Positions 46,268 through 54,771 of a stretch of DNA of 64,000 nt are shown piece by piece. The notes beneath the pieces are model-generated. The model saw only the letters and a list, made by a program, of their open reading frames with translations, was not told the DNA's origin and did no database searches. The DNA lies in contig JBHLNL010000002.1 in assembly GCA_048941605.1 (NCBI GenBank), forward strand, positions 1,928 to 65,927. Direction: 5' to 3'. The stretch comes from Promethearchaeota archaeon. Its GTDB lineage: Archaea > Asgardarchaeota > Lokiarchaeia > Sigyniarchaeales > SOKP01. The first letter of the stretch is position 1; the number at the start of each line of letters is the position of its first letter. The position numbers were made by a program, and so were the translations under genes.

Positions 46268-47407
46268 TTAATCTTCATTATAGCCAACTAAAATTTCAGT
46301 AAATATATTAGAAATCTCAATGAAAATTGGTATTTCCACACGACACAAATTTCCAAGAATCCATTTATTAACATCTTTAAGAAGAAATCTTATTTGATTG
46401 TGAATCTTTTTATTAATTTCTGAATCGATTATTTTAGATAACCATAATCCTCCTCCTATTCTATAAGCAATGATCTTGATAAGTGGTTCGAATAATGGTT
46501 CTAAAACTTGTTTCATCATCCAAGATTTTGGAATAACGCTCATGTTCTTTTCTTTAAAACTTGGGTCATTTAAAATTGGATTTGTCTCATCAATGCTTAA
46601 TTTAGGCATGAAACTTAGTAATAAGATTAAAGCAAAAATAGATGAAATCCCATTTATGGTATAAGAGCCTCCAATTCTCTCGAGATCATCTCTATTTATC
46701 GCAATATTGGCTAAAAACATGCAAATAAAGACATTTCTGTCAAAATCTTTAGAAACAACAGCATATCCTAAGTTCTCATCAATTTCCAAATATTTCTCTT
46801 CAAGAATCTTTATAATTTCTTCCGGAAATGTGTAAAATACATAGCGTTTTTCTTCACTCCTTCTTACATCCTTTTCAATTACAAGTTCTTTGGAGACAAG
46901 CCCAAATAAATTCACCAGTTCTTCAAGTTGCTTTTTCACATAATGATGTGGTTTATTTGGGTCTCCAAACATAGCAAAAAATTGATGATCTACAATATGA
47001 AAATCATTTCTCTTACTAAAAGCCTCAACCATTCTATCTATTATTGGTACCTGAGTTCCAGCCATTATAGCTTTTGCTTTAGAAGTTACAAATCCATTTA
47101 GCAATTCATTAATTATAAAATCTTGTTCATGAGTTCTTGATTTTAACACTTTTTGAAAAGCTTCAACAAAATTTTTAGTATTGGGGAAAAAAGCATTTTG
47201 AATTTTATCATTTATGGATCTCAATAGTATATCTCCGTCATTTTTAGGAAAATGAAGTTTCATATTGTTTAATCTTTGAATAAGCGCTTCTTTAGCACCG
47301 GGTATATTTTCTATATCTCTTTTTTGTAATTCGATAATTGCTATTTCAAGGTTAGTTTGGAAGTCAACTAATAATCTTTTCCATGTTGGATCTTCAGGAG
47401 CAGCCAT
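46268..47407 (-). CDS. operon gene 3: hypothetical protein (379 aa)
   Basis: Long ORF with 26-nt spacing on both sides. No motif recognised. Confidence 0.45.
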   Translation of the reverse strand: MAAPEDPTWKRLLVDFQTNLEIAIIELQKRDIENIPGAKEALIQRLNNMKLHFPKNDGDILLRSINDKIQNAFFPNTKNFVEAFQKVLKSRTHEQDFIINELLNGFVTSKAKAIMAGTQVPIIDRMVEAFSKRNDFHIVDHQFFAMFGDPNKPHHYVKKQLEELVNLFGLVSKELVIEKDVRRSEEKRYVFYTFPEEIIKILEEKYLEIDENLGYAVVSKDFDRNVFICMFLANIAINRDDLERIGGSYTINGISSIFALILLLSFMPKLSIDETNPILNDPSFKEKNMSVIPKSWMMKQVLEPLFEPLIKIIAYRIGGGLWLSKIIDSEINKKIHNQIRFLLKDVNKWILGNLCRVEIPIFIEISNIFTEILVGYNED

Positions 47408-47433
47408 ATTTTTCTCTTACCATTCAAATTATT

Positions 47434-48414
47434 TTAATTATTTATAGTCCAATTTAGCTCGAGTGATGTATTTCTTAAAGCTTTAATCAGAGGTTTAATT
47501 AAAGTTTTATCATAAATATTTGGAGAAGAAATTCCTTTTTGAGCTTTCCATCCCATCTGAGTACCATTTCCCATTTCTCTCTGTCCATATTTTAAAATAT
47601 TACTTAAATCTCGTACCCACCAATAAAACCTTAACCATTTTTTATTTGGATTATCTTTTGAATATATTACTGCCAATGCTTTCCATTCTCCCATTAACCA
47701 TTTAAGAGTTATTCCACTAACTGGAAGGTAAAAATTAATAGGAAAATTTGCATGAAATTTTAAATCAAGATCTTTTGTTGAAATATTAAAAATTGGTTGA
47801 TTATATCCTTCTAAAATAACTATTTCTCCACAATGCTGACATTCGTAATGAGATTTCATTTTATCCATCTTATTCTGACATTTAGGACAGGTTTTATTTT
47901 CTAATATCCTATATTTTATTATCTCTATATACTTTTCTTTTTCTAATTCTTCTTTTGTTTTACTTTCTTGTTTTCCGTATTTTCCACGCCAACCCCAGAG
48001 TTCATCAAAAGATTCATCAACTTTTTCTAAAGCTACTATAAGATTATTTAAAACGTATTTATCATAGACTTTAAACATTCCTGCATGTTGATAATTTTTC
48101 CACCAAGAAAGTCTCACATATTTCTCTTCCTTTAAATAAGCGCTATGACATATTAATACAGCAAATAACCTATTTTCTGTCTTGTTAATTACAATCCCTT
48201 TTTCTGCCACTTCATAATTTTTATTTAAGGAAGCATTTTTATGAAAATACTCTCCATCTTGAAAGTCTCCTTGCCCAATCTCTTTTTTTCTATTTAAATC
48301 TACTTTTTCATCTTTTTCTTTAATAATTTTTTTACATTGTGGGCATTGAAAAATTCCAGCTACTAAGGGTTCCGTCTCAATATTACATGCAGGGCATTTC
48401 AAATTAATCATCAC
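47434..48414 (-). CDS. operon gene 2: protein with two zinc-ribbon + W-rich modules
   Basis: CPACN...CPQCKK followed by ..YVRLSWWKNYQHAGMFKVYDKYVLNNLIVALEKV. Then CPKCQ...CQHCGE followed by ..WLRFYWWVRDLSNILKYG...IYDKTLIKPLIKALRN. This is an internal duplication. Confidence 0.5.
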   Translation of the reverse strand: MMINLKCPACNIETEPLVAGIFQCPQCKKIIKEKDEKVDLNRKKEIGQGDFQDGEYFHKNASLNKNYEVAEKGIVINKTENRLFAVLICHSAYLKEEKYVRLSWWKNYQHAGMFKVYDKYVLNNLIVALEKVDESFDELWGWRGKYGKQESKTKEELEKEKYIEIIKYRILENKTCPKCQNKMDKMKSHYECQHCGEIVILEGYNQPIFNISTKDLDLKFHANFPINFYLPVSGITLKWLMGEWKALAVIYSKDNPNKKWLRFYWWVRDLSNILKYGQREMGNGTQMGWKAQKGISSPNIYDKTLIKPLIKALRNTSLELNWTINN

Positions 48415-49504
48415 TAATTATTAAAATCAATCTCTCATAATCTAAATTTAATAGTTTTAATTCTTTCTCTGTTAGTTTAGTAATTTGCTCATTTATTTTT
48501 ACGAGATCTTTTCGTAATTCAATTAATGAGGTTTGAATATTATCTACAATTCCATCTTCGTTAAAAGATATTTTTTCTATAAATTCTAAATAACTTAATT
48601 TTTTGTTCTTACCAGAATAGTTTTTCTTCAATTTTTTCAATTTATTTTCAATATCCTCAAGTTGGTTCCTAATAGTTAATAGTGTTAATAATTGAGAAGT
48701 CCACTGCTTATATAATTGATCCTCCTTATTGATTTTGTCAAAGTTAAATTTATCAGAAAGTTCTATTTTCTCGTCTTTAAGATATTGGAATATCTCTTTA
48801 TTTTCTTCTATTGCTTTATTAATTTTTTTCATTATTGGTTTTGTATTTAATAATGGTTCAAAAATTTTAATAAATCCATTAATTTTATCTTGAATTTCTT
48901 TAAACCTTTGATAAAATCCTTCAATTGTAACTTCAATTTTAATCACTTGATATATATTCCCATATTGATCCAAAATATAATAAAAATCATCTGATAGTGT
49001 ATAATCATGTTCACCAATTTCTAAAATCAACGAATGAATAGCAGTACTTTTCTCACATCTCACTCCTTTCAACCTTGTAAGAGCTAAATTAAAATTCCTT
49101 CTATTTAAGAATTTAAATTTCTTGCTTATAATTAAATATAGAGTGTCATCTGGAATAGATATTGTATCATTCTCAATGGTTACTGTTTCTTCTCCTAATT
49201 TTATTATATAATCACCATCTTTTTGTTCAAAATCTCTTAAACTTCGAATATTTTTAAAGAGACCTAAGTCAATGTAAATTTCAATAAATTCTTCTTTCCA
49301 AAAATTTAAGATATTATTTTTATAAATATCATCTAAATACAGCACTCTCTCATAAGATTCTATAAGACCTATGTCGGATAAATCTTTAAATAAATCATTT
49401 CGAATGATATAAAGGAAAAGAATTATATACCTCATATCTACATTGTCAAGAATTTTATCGATTAAGTTTTTATCATATTCTAATGTCAAATTATTATGTT
49501 CCAT
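48404..49504 (-). CDS. operon gene 1: hypothetical protein with a C-terminal coiled coil
   Basis: 366 aa. Overlaps gene 2 by 11 nt. The C-terminal ~130 aa is heptad-like (QLLTLLTIRNQLEDIENKLKKLKKN...). Confidence 0.45.
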   Translation of the reverse strand: MEHNNLTLEYDKNLIDKILDNVDMRYIILFLYIIRNDLFKDLSDIGLIESYERVLYLDDIYKNNILNFWKEEFIEIYIDLGLFKNIRSLRDFEQKDGDYIIKLGEETVTIENDTISIPDDTLYLIISKKFKFLNRRNFNLALTRLKGVRCEKSTAIHSLILEIGEHDYTLSDDFYYILDQYGNIYQVIKIEVTIEGFYQRFKEIQDKINGFIKIFEPLLNTKPIMKKINKAIEENKEIFQYLKDEKIELSDKFNFDKINKEDQLYKQWTSQLLTLLTIRNQLEDIENKLKKLKKNYSGKNKKLSYLEFIEKISFNEDGIVDNIQTSLIELRKDLVKINEQITKLTEKELKLLNLDYERLILIISDD

Positions 49505-49692
49505 GCCTAAAATCCACTCTTTATTTTTAAAAATACTATTACATTTCAGTTAAAAAGAGTAACTGAGATAATTATTCATTCCTAAAAAATTTTACCAAAA
49601 TCCTCTAAAAATTTTCACATAAAAGCAAAAATATTTTAGTTTTTATTTCTTTTTATTCTAAATGAAGATATGTCCATTTTTAAGAAAATAAT

Positions 49693-50283
49693 TTGGTGAT
49701 TCTATTGGGAAGGAGAAAACGTAAACAAGTAACACCAAAACGGGTAAAACGGGTTCCTAAAATCTTCACATGCCCCGAGTGCGGTGAGAAAAGTGTAAAG
49801 GTAACAGATCTTAAAAAGAAGGGCGCTTTTGCCACCGTGAAATGTGGTAATTGTGGGTTAACTAAAGAAGTGCTTGTTAATTCAATTTCGGAGCCTGTAG
49901 ACGCTTTTGGAGATTTTATTGATATCTATTATGCTGATCAAGAATTACAAAGATTAGAAAGAAGAATAAAAAAACTAAAAGAAGAAAATGAATGGGGAGA
50001 GCTTGCACTAGCTTATTCAATTTTATCCGATCTTTGTAAAACAAAAGCAGCAACATTATTAGAAGAAGATGATGTTGATTTGGATGATGTTAATAAATGG
50101 AAATTGAGAGCTGAGGAATATAAACAACTTGAAAAAAATACTCTATTAAAACTTGATACTGAAGAACTTGAACGTGGGGTTCGAACTGATGAAGAATCCT
50201 TATTTGCTGAAAGTGATACAAAGATAAAGAAGGAAAGAAAAATTGATGATATTTTTGATGATCCAGGGTTCTTGGAGTTTTAA
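49693..50283 (+). CDS. Elf1-type zinc-ribbon transcription elongation factor homolog with a long acidic coiled-coil C-terminal extension
   Basis: GRRKRKQVTPKRVKRVPKIFTCPECGEKSV...VKCGNCGL...ISEPVDAFGDFIDIYY parallels eukaryotic Elf1 (basic N-terminus, CxxC..CxxC, EPVDVYxxWID). Candidate starts are TTG 49693, GTG 49696 and TTG 49705. Confidence 0.7.
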   Translation: MVILLGRRKRKQVTPKRVKRVPKIFTCPECGEKSVKVTDLKKKGAFATVKCGNCGLTKEVLVNSISEPVDAFGDFIDIYYADQELQRLERRIKKLKEENEWGELALAYSILSDLCKTKAATLLEEDDVDLDDVNKWKLRAEEYKQLEKNTLLKLDTEELERGVRTDEESLFAESDTKIKKERKIDDIFDDPGFLEF

Positions 50284-50510
50284 AAGCCTAATAATTAAAT
50301 TTTATACTTTTATTTAGGATTCTTGATTTTATATTTGCTGGAATGTACTTTCACTTTGATAAATTCCACAAATATTTAAAAAATTGCTTTTAGATATTAG
50401 AATTGCTTCCTTAAGATTTAATATATATATTAATAGGAAAAAGAAAATATCCTTTTTTTTTACCCGAAAAAGTAAGGAATGTAAAAAAGTTTACCAGTTT
50501 AGGAGATGGG

Positions 50511-50957
50511 TTAAGATCCCTGTCTACGTTTGGCGAATAGTTGTTTAAGTTCACCCATAATGGCTCCTCTCAAAGAGACTGGACTTGCAGGTCGATTAGG
50601 TCCCGGAGCAGGTCCTGGACCTCTTGGTGCCCCAGGTGGACCTCCGGGTGGTGGAGGTGGACCTCCAGGTGGACCTCCCGCTGGTAATGGTGCAGATGGA
50701 CCAGAAACTATTGGAGCTGCTGATGTTGGGCTTCCTCCAGGTCTTAATGATGCCATTTGACTATTTATTGAATTTAATTGATTTTGTAAATTATTTACTT
50801 TATCGTTTACAGCACCAAGTGATTGATCAACTAAATCGGGGATCCGTAAAACAATTGACATTATTTTTTCAATGATGTCTCCAAACGCGTTTAATTTTTC
50901 TTCTAATGGAGCTTTTCGAGTACTATCTAAGAAACTTGCAAATTCTTCAGCGCACAT
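50511..50957 (-). CDS. coiled-coil + polyproline protein with a C-terminal amphipathic basic helix
   Basis: 148 aa with an N-terminal helical half. PGGSPTSAAPIVSGPSAPLPAGGPPGGPPPPPGGPPGAPRGPGPAPGPNRP, then SLRGAIMGELKQLFAKRRQGS*. The DNA is a local GC-rich island carrying 3 copies of ggtggacctcc. Confidence 0.6.
   Translation of the reverse strand: MCAEEFASFLDSTRKAPLEEKLNAFGDIIEKIMSIVLRIPDLVDQSLGAVNDKVNNLQNQLNSINSQMASLRPGGSPTSAAPIVSGPSAPLPAGGPPGGPPPPPGGPPGAPRGPGPAPGPNRPASPVSLRGAIMGELKQLFAKRRQGS
50635..50678. repeat. three copies of ggtggacctcc (Gly-Gly-Pro-Pro coding repeat, antisense view)
   Basis: Copies at 50635..50645, 50656..50666 and 50668..50678, inside the polyproline tract of gene 50511..50957. 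Confidence 0.8.
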
Positions 50958-51085
50958 TTTAACTCTTTAAGTCATGTAATTTTTTATGTTTTCTAATAAT
51001 TTAATAGATTTTTGTTTAATAAATTTAAGTTCAAGCTTATTTATATTTTTTCAAAAAAATATAAAAAAAGAATGAAAAGTTTAAC

Positions 51086-51709
51086 CTAGCTTAATTCAAC
51101 TATAGTATCTTTTAATTTAATCCATAAAGTATTTATTTCATCTCTTACTTCAGTAAATTGATATATTTTTTTAAGTAATATATCTCGAGCTCTATCAAAA
51201 TCTCTTTGAACATCATTCAATTCTTGGTCAAGGATGTTTAATTTATCACCATCAATTAACTTATTTTTTGCTTTCTCAACATCTAACGCCTTTTTTATTA
51301 CAACAGATCTTTTATCAGCTACATCTGCTAAGGCATTGACAAATTCTTCTTTTTTTTGAACCAAATATTCCTTTTGTACAGCAAGATCTTTAATTGCATT
51401 CAAATATATATTATTTCCCTTGATATAATCATCATTTTTTTGGATTATTTCTTTATATAATTTTACTTCCTCGTCTTTAATGTTAGATCTGTGTTCTCGT
51501 GCGAGAGTTTGCATTTGTTTTAATACATCTCTAAAAGTTCGATTTAACATTTCTCTGTTTATATTTGCTTTGGTAATATTTTCTGCATATTTTATTTGAG
51601 AATTAATAAGAGCACTCTGAGATTTAGCCAATTTCCTAAATCGGGAGACTAATTCTTTTTCCATCTTTGCTAACTCTAACTCATCCTCATGCGTAATTAT
51701 TGGGCTCAT
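51086..51709 (-). CDS. all-helical coiled-coil protein (207 aa)
   Basis: Continuous heptad-like helical sequence. No motif recognised. Co-directional with the Pro-rich gene downstream. Confidence 0.45.
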   Translation of the reverse strand: MSPIITHEDELELAKMEKELVSRFRKLAKSQSALINSQIKYAENITKANINREMLNRTFRDVLKQMQTLAREHRSNIKDEEVKLYKEIIQKNDDYIKGNNIYLNAIKDLAVQKEYLVQKKEEFVNALADVADKRSVVIKKALDVEKAKNKLIDGDKLNILDQELNDVQRDFDRARDILLKKIYQFTEVRDEINTLWIKLKDTIVELS

Positions 51710-51802
51710 TTTAAATCCTACTCCATTACTTTTTATAGTATTTAATAAATTTCTTATGTGATTTACTTATTTTGATTAATATAATATTTTTAATATTTAA
51801 GT

Positions 51803-52837
51803 TTATATTGAAAAGGATGCTGTTAAAATATTATCTTTATAATTTGCTTTAATAATTTTTGCTTCAATCTCTTTTCCAATAAATTTTTCAATATTCATGA
51901 TTGGTTTGTTTAAAATAAGCTTAATACCAAAATTATTATCTATTTTTCCGATATATTCTCTTTTCCAACGCCCTTTAGAAATGACTTTTAGTCTTAATGA
52001 GTCATTTTTTTTTACATTTAGAGATGCTCCAGTTTTACGTTTATGAATTCCAAAATCTTTTGGTCCCAATTTCAATTTAATATTATATTTTTTTTCAAGA
52101 CTAGATAATTGGTTATAAAAATAACCCCAACTTTTTGGTCTGATTTTTTTTAACCTCCTACCTGTTTTATATATCAAATATTTTTGGATACCAATTTGAA
52201 TTTTCTTTTCTGAATATCCTGCATTTCTTTGATCTATGATATATTGAATAATCTCTTCGATATCGTTGTCATTTTCTCCGGGAAACCAGACAGGGGCAAT
52301 TAGTAAATCAATTTTTGTATCTAATAAGATTTTTATGCTTTTTTTAAGATTTTCTATATCATAATCCTCGCAATTGCACAAATAACCTGATTTTCCTTGG
52401 TTCAATGAATTTAGACTAATGTTTATCCTTGTAATTTTAGCATCTTCTAATTGGCTAATTTTTTCTTCATTAAGCAATAATCCATTTGTTTGTATTGATA
52501 TAATTTCGACTCCTTTTATCTTCCAAATTTCTTTGATTAAGTCAAATAAATTAGGATAGAGTAGTATTTCTCCATATGGTGCAAAATGTATTTCAATTTT
52601 ATATTGACCTTTAAATTCTATTAAATCTCTTAATTTTTGTAGTAGATAATTAGAGTCGATAATAAAATTGGTTTCATAATCTCCAGCACTTACAAAGCAA
52701 TACTTACATTTTAAGTTACACAAGGTTAAAGGTTTTAATTCAATAACATTTGTTCCTCTATCAATTATACCTATAAAATCTATGCCAAACAACGGAATTT
52801 CTGATTCTTCATCAACATATATTATTTCAGTAGTCAT
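51803..52837 (-). CDS. radical SAM protein
   Basis: Canonical CNLKCKYC (CxxxCxxC) at aa 40-47 and a TIM-barrel-like body (ISIQTNGLLL). The C-terminal ~90 aa may be an OB/TRAM-like beta domain. Confidence 0.7.
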   Translation of the reverse strand: MTTEIIYVDEESEIPLFGIDFIGIIDRGTNVIELKPLTLCNLKCKYCFVSAGDYETNFIIDSNYLLQKLRDLIEFKGQYKIEIHFAPYGEILLYPNLFDLIKEIWKIKGVEIISIQTNGLLLNEEKISQLEDAKITRINISLNSLNQGKSGYLCNCEDYDIENLKKSIKILLDTKIDLLIAPVWFPGENDNDIEEIIQYIIDQRNAGYSEKKIQIGIQKYLIYKTGRRLKKIRPKSWGYFYNQLSSLEKKYNIKLKLGPKDFGIHKRKTGASLNVKKNDSLRLKVISKGRWKREYIGKIDNNFGIKLILNKPIMNIEKFIGKEIEAKIIKANYKDNILTASFSI

Positions 52838-52846
52838 TTCTCTTTA

Positions 52847-53920
52847 TCAGAGTTTATATCGTAAAATTCCTATAATTGAGCCTAAATTTACTAACTGTTC
52901 TCCAGTAATATTTTCGGTACTCATGATATTAATTTCACCACCACTTTTTTCAACATTAGTAATAATTTCTTCTATTTTTAGCTTATTTTTTTTTGAAGCC
53001 CCTCTAATTAACACGTCTGCTATTAATAAATCTTGAATTGCTCCTTTATTAGAAGCTTCAGATACTTCTTCAAGGCCAATAACAATATAATCAGGATCAT
53101 TAGCAAAAAGAGTCATAATATTTTCGATTTTTTCAGTTTCTTGTATAATTTTTATTTTATTTTTAAGATTAGCTAACTCACTTGATTTTAAAGTTTCTCT
53201 AATTGCACTTTCTGTTCCAGAACTGGCATGACTAGTCTCAATTTTCCCCTTAAAGTCAAATTCAGGAATTTTTCTAAGAAAACTTATGAATTTATCTTTA
53301 ATGTTTCCTGGTCCACAGAAGATTATTAAATCGATATTAATATTTTTAATATTTTCCATTATAACTTTTTGTATATCTCCAAAAAAATCCTCCAAGGCTT
53401 TGTTTCGATAAGTTTGTTTATACCTTTTACCAGGAATATTTTTCTTAATGGTAGCAATTCTTTTGTGGCTAAAATTAGTAATAAGTGCTAACGTTGCCAA
53501 ACCTGTTTCAATTGCTGCAATTAGAATAATAAAATTAGATTCAAATTTTGAGGTTTCTTTCAATCTTCTTAATTCATTTTTCAACCAGTTTTCTTTAATT
53601 ATAGTTAATTTTTGCGATACTTCTATATTGAATGTGTGGTATGTTCCAAAGCTCACATAATCTTCAGGACCTTCCAGAATTTTACCCTTTATTCTTAAAC
53701 GATTTGAAAATTCATGAAAAGACACATCCTCAACTTTTAATTTTAATTTCATTAATTTACGTTCGCCTTTAGTTCCTTCTTTAAGAACTACTCTTCTCTG
53801 AGTTAGAGAAGAAACAATATCATCTTTATTTATAATATTATATAATGACCATAAATCATTAAGATTCTCGGTTTTAACAGTGATTTCTCCATGTTTGTTG
53901 TCAATATTGAGAATTTTCAA
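52847..53920 (-). CDS. pelA: Pelota (Dom34) mRNA surveillance / ribosome rescue factor
   Basis: MKILNIDNKHGEITVKTENLNDLWSLYNII N-terminal Sm-like domain and eRF1-like central and C-terminal domains. Confidence 0.9.
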   Translation of the reverse strand: MKILNIDNKHGEITVKTENLNDLWSLYNIINKDDIVSSLTQRRVVLKEGTKGERKLMKLKLKVEDVSFHEFSNRLRIKGKILEGPEDYVSFGTYHTFNIEVSQKLTIIKENWLKNELRRLKETSKFESNFIILIAAIETGLATLALITNFSHKRIATIKKNIPGKRYKQTYRNKALEDFFGDIQKVIMENIKNINIDLIIFCGPGNIKDKFISFLRKIPEFDFKGKIETSHASSGTESAIRETLKSSELANLKNKIKIIQETEKIENIMTLFANDPDYIVIGLEEVSEASNKGAIQDLLIADVLIRGASKKNKLKIEEIITNVEKSGGEINIMSTENITGEQLVNLGSIIGILRYKL

Positions 53921-54060
53921 TTAACAAAACTGACTCTTAAATAGAATTATTCTTATTTAGAATAAATATGAAATATAAGAAAAGCTTAATTTAATTTGCT
54001 TGAAATAGTATTCCAAATAAAAATAAAATAAAAATATAAAAACTAACTTATTAGAACTAT

Positions 54061-54213
54061 TTATTTTTCGCCTAAAGCAGCTTTTACTTTTTCTAACTCT
54101 TCCATGCGTTTCTTTTTCTCTTCTTCCCTTCTCTTTAACTCTGCTTCATCGACTTTTTGGAGTGAGACACCTTTTTTAATTTCATCTTCTAGTTCTTTAT
54201 CAATTGGAGACAC
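54061..54213 (-). CDS. possible small charged helical protein (50 aa), not in the ORF track
   Basis: GTG start preceded by AGGTG. Reads (M)SPIDKELEDEIKKGVSLQKVDEAELKRREEEKKKRMEELEKVKAALGEK*. Weak. Confidence 0.3.
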   Translation of the reverse strand: MSPIDKELEDEIKKGVSLQKVDEAELKRREEEKKKRMEELEKVKAALGEK

Positions 54214-54303
54214 TTTTAACTTACACCTTCTATTTAAATTCCTCTGAAATAATTATATTGATATTTACACAAATTATAATAGAAATTATATATAAGTTTT
54301 AGT

Positions 54304-54771
54304 TTATAGAGAGTTGATATCTAATTCCATAAGATACGCAGATTCTCCAGATTGATAATAATTTTCCAAAATTACTGGATTCCTTTTGAAATTAAATTTT
54401 TCATATAATTCAATAGCAGCAGCATTATTTATTTGGACATTTAACACAATTTTTTTAATTTGCTTTAGATTTTTTATAATTTCAATAGTATTTTGAAGAA
54501 GATGAGAACCATACCCTTTATTATGAAATTTTGGGTTAATAAGAAAATTGATAATATTTACTCTATCTTTTTTTTCCATTATAGCTATAATAAAACCGAT
54601 AAGCTTTTTTTTAATATTACGAGATTCCAATTTTAAAAAGATAGCATTATTTTCAATTAAATTCTCAATCAATTCCCGTGAAAATGCATTCTTTTTGAAA
54701 ATCTTTTGCTCAAGACGTACAATTTGTTTTAAATCTTCTATTGTTACTTTTTTAATTTCCATTAAAACCAT
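54304..54771 (-). CDS. GNAT family N-acetyltransferase (RimI-like)
   Basis: NPKFHNKGYGSHLLQNTIE (Q/RxxGxG/A-type acetyl-CoA motif) and a size typical of RimI/Ard1-like enzymes. Confidence 0.75.
   Translation of the reverse strand: MVLMEIKKVTIEDLKQIVRLEQKIFKKNAFSRELIENLIENNAIFLKLESRNIKKKLIGFIIAIMEKKDRVNIINFLINPKFHNKGYGSHLLQNTIEIIKNLKQIKKIVLNVQINNAAAIELYEKFNFKRNPVILENYYQSGESAYLMELDINSL

Noticed and set aside
50530-50875. Two plus-strand ORFs (50530..50760 and 50624..50875) opposite the polyproline gene.
   Set aside because: The GC-rich Gly/Pro codon repeat keeps several frames open. The minus-strand ORF is the longest. It also has a structured N-terminal half and a proper stop context.
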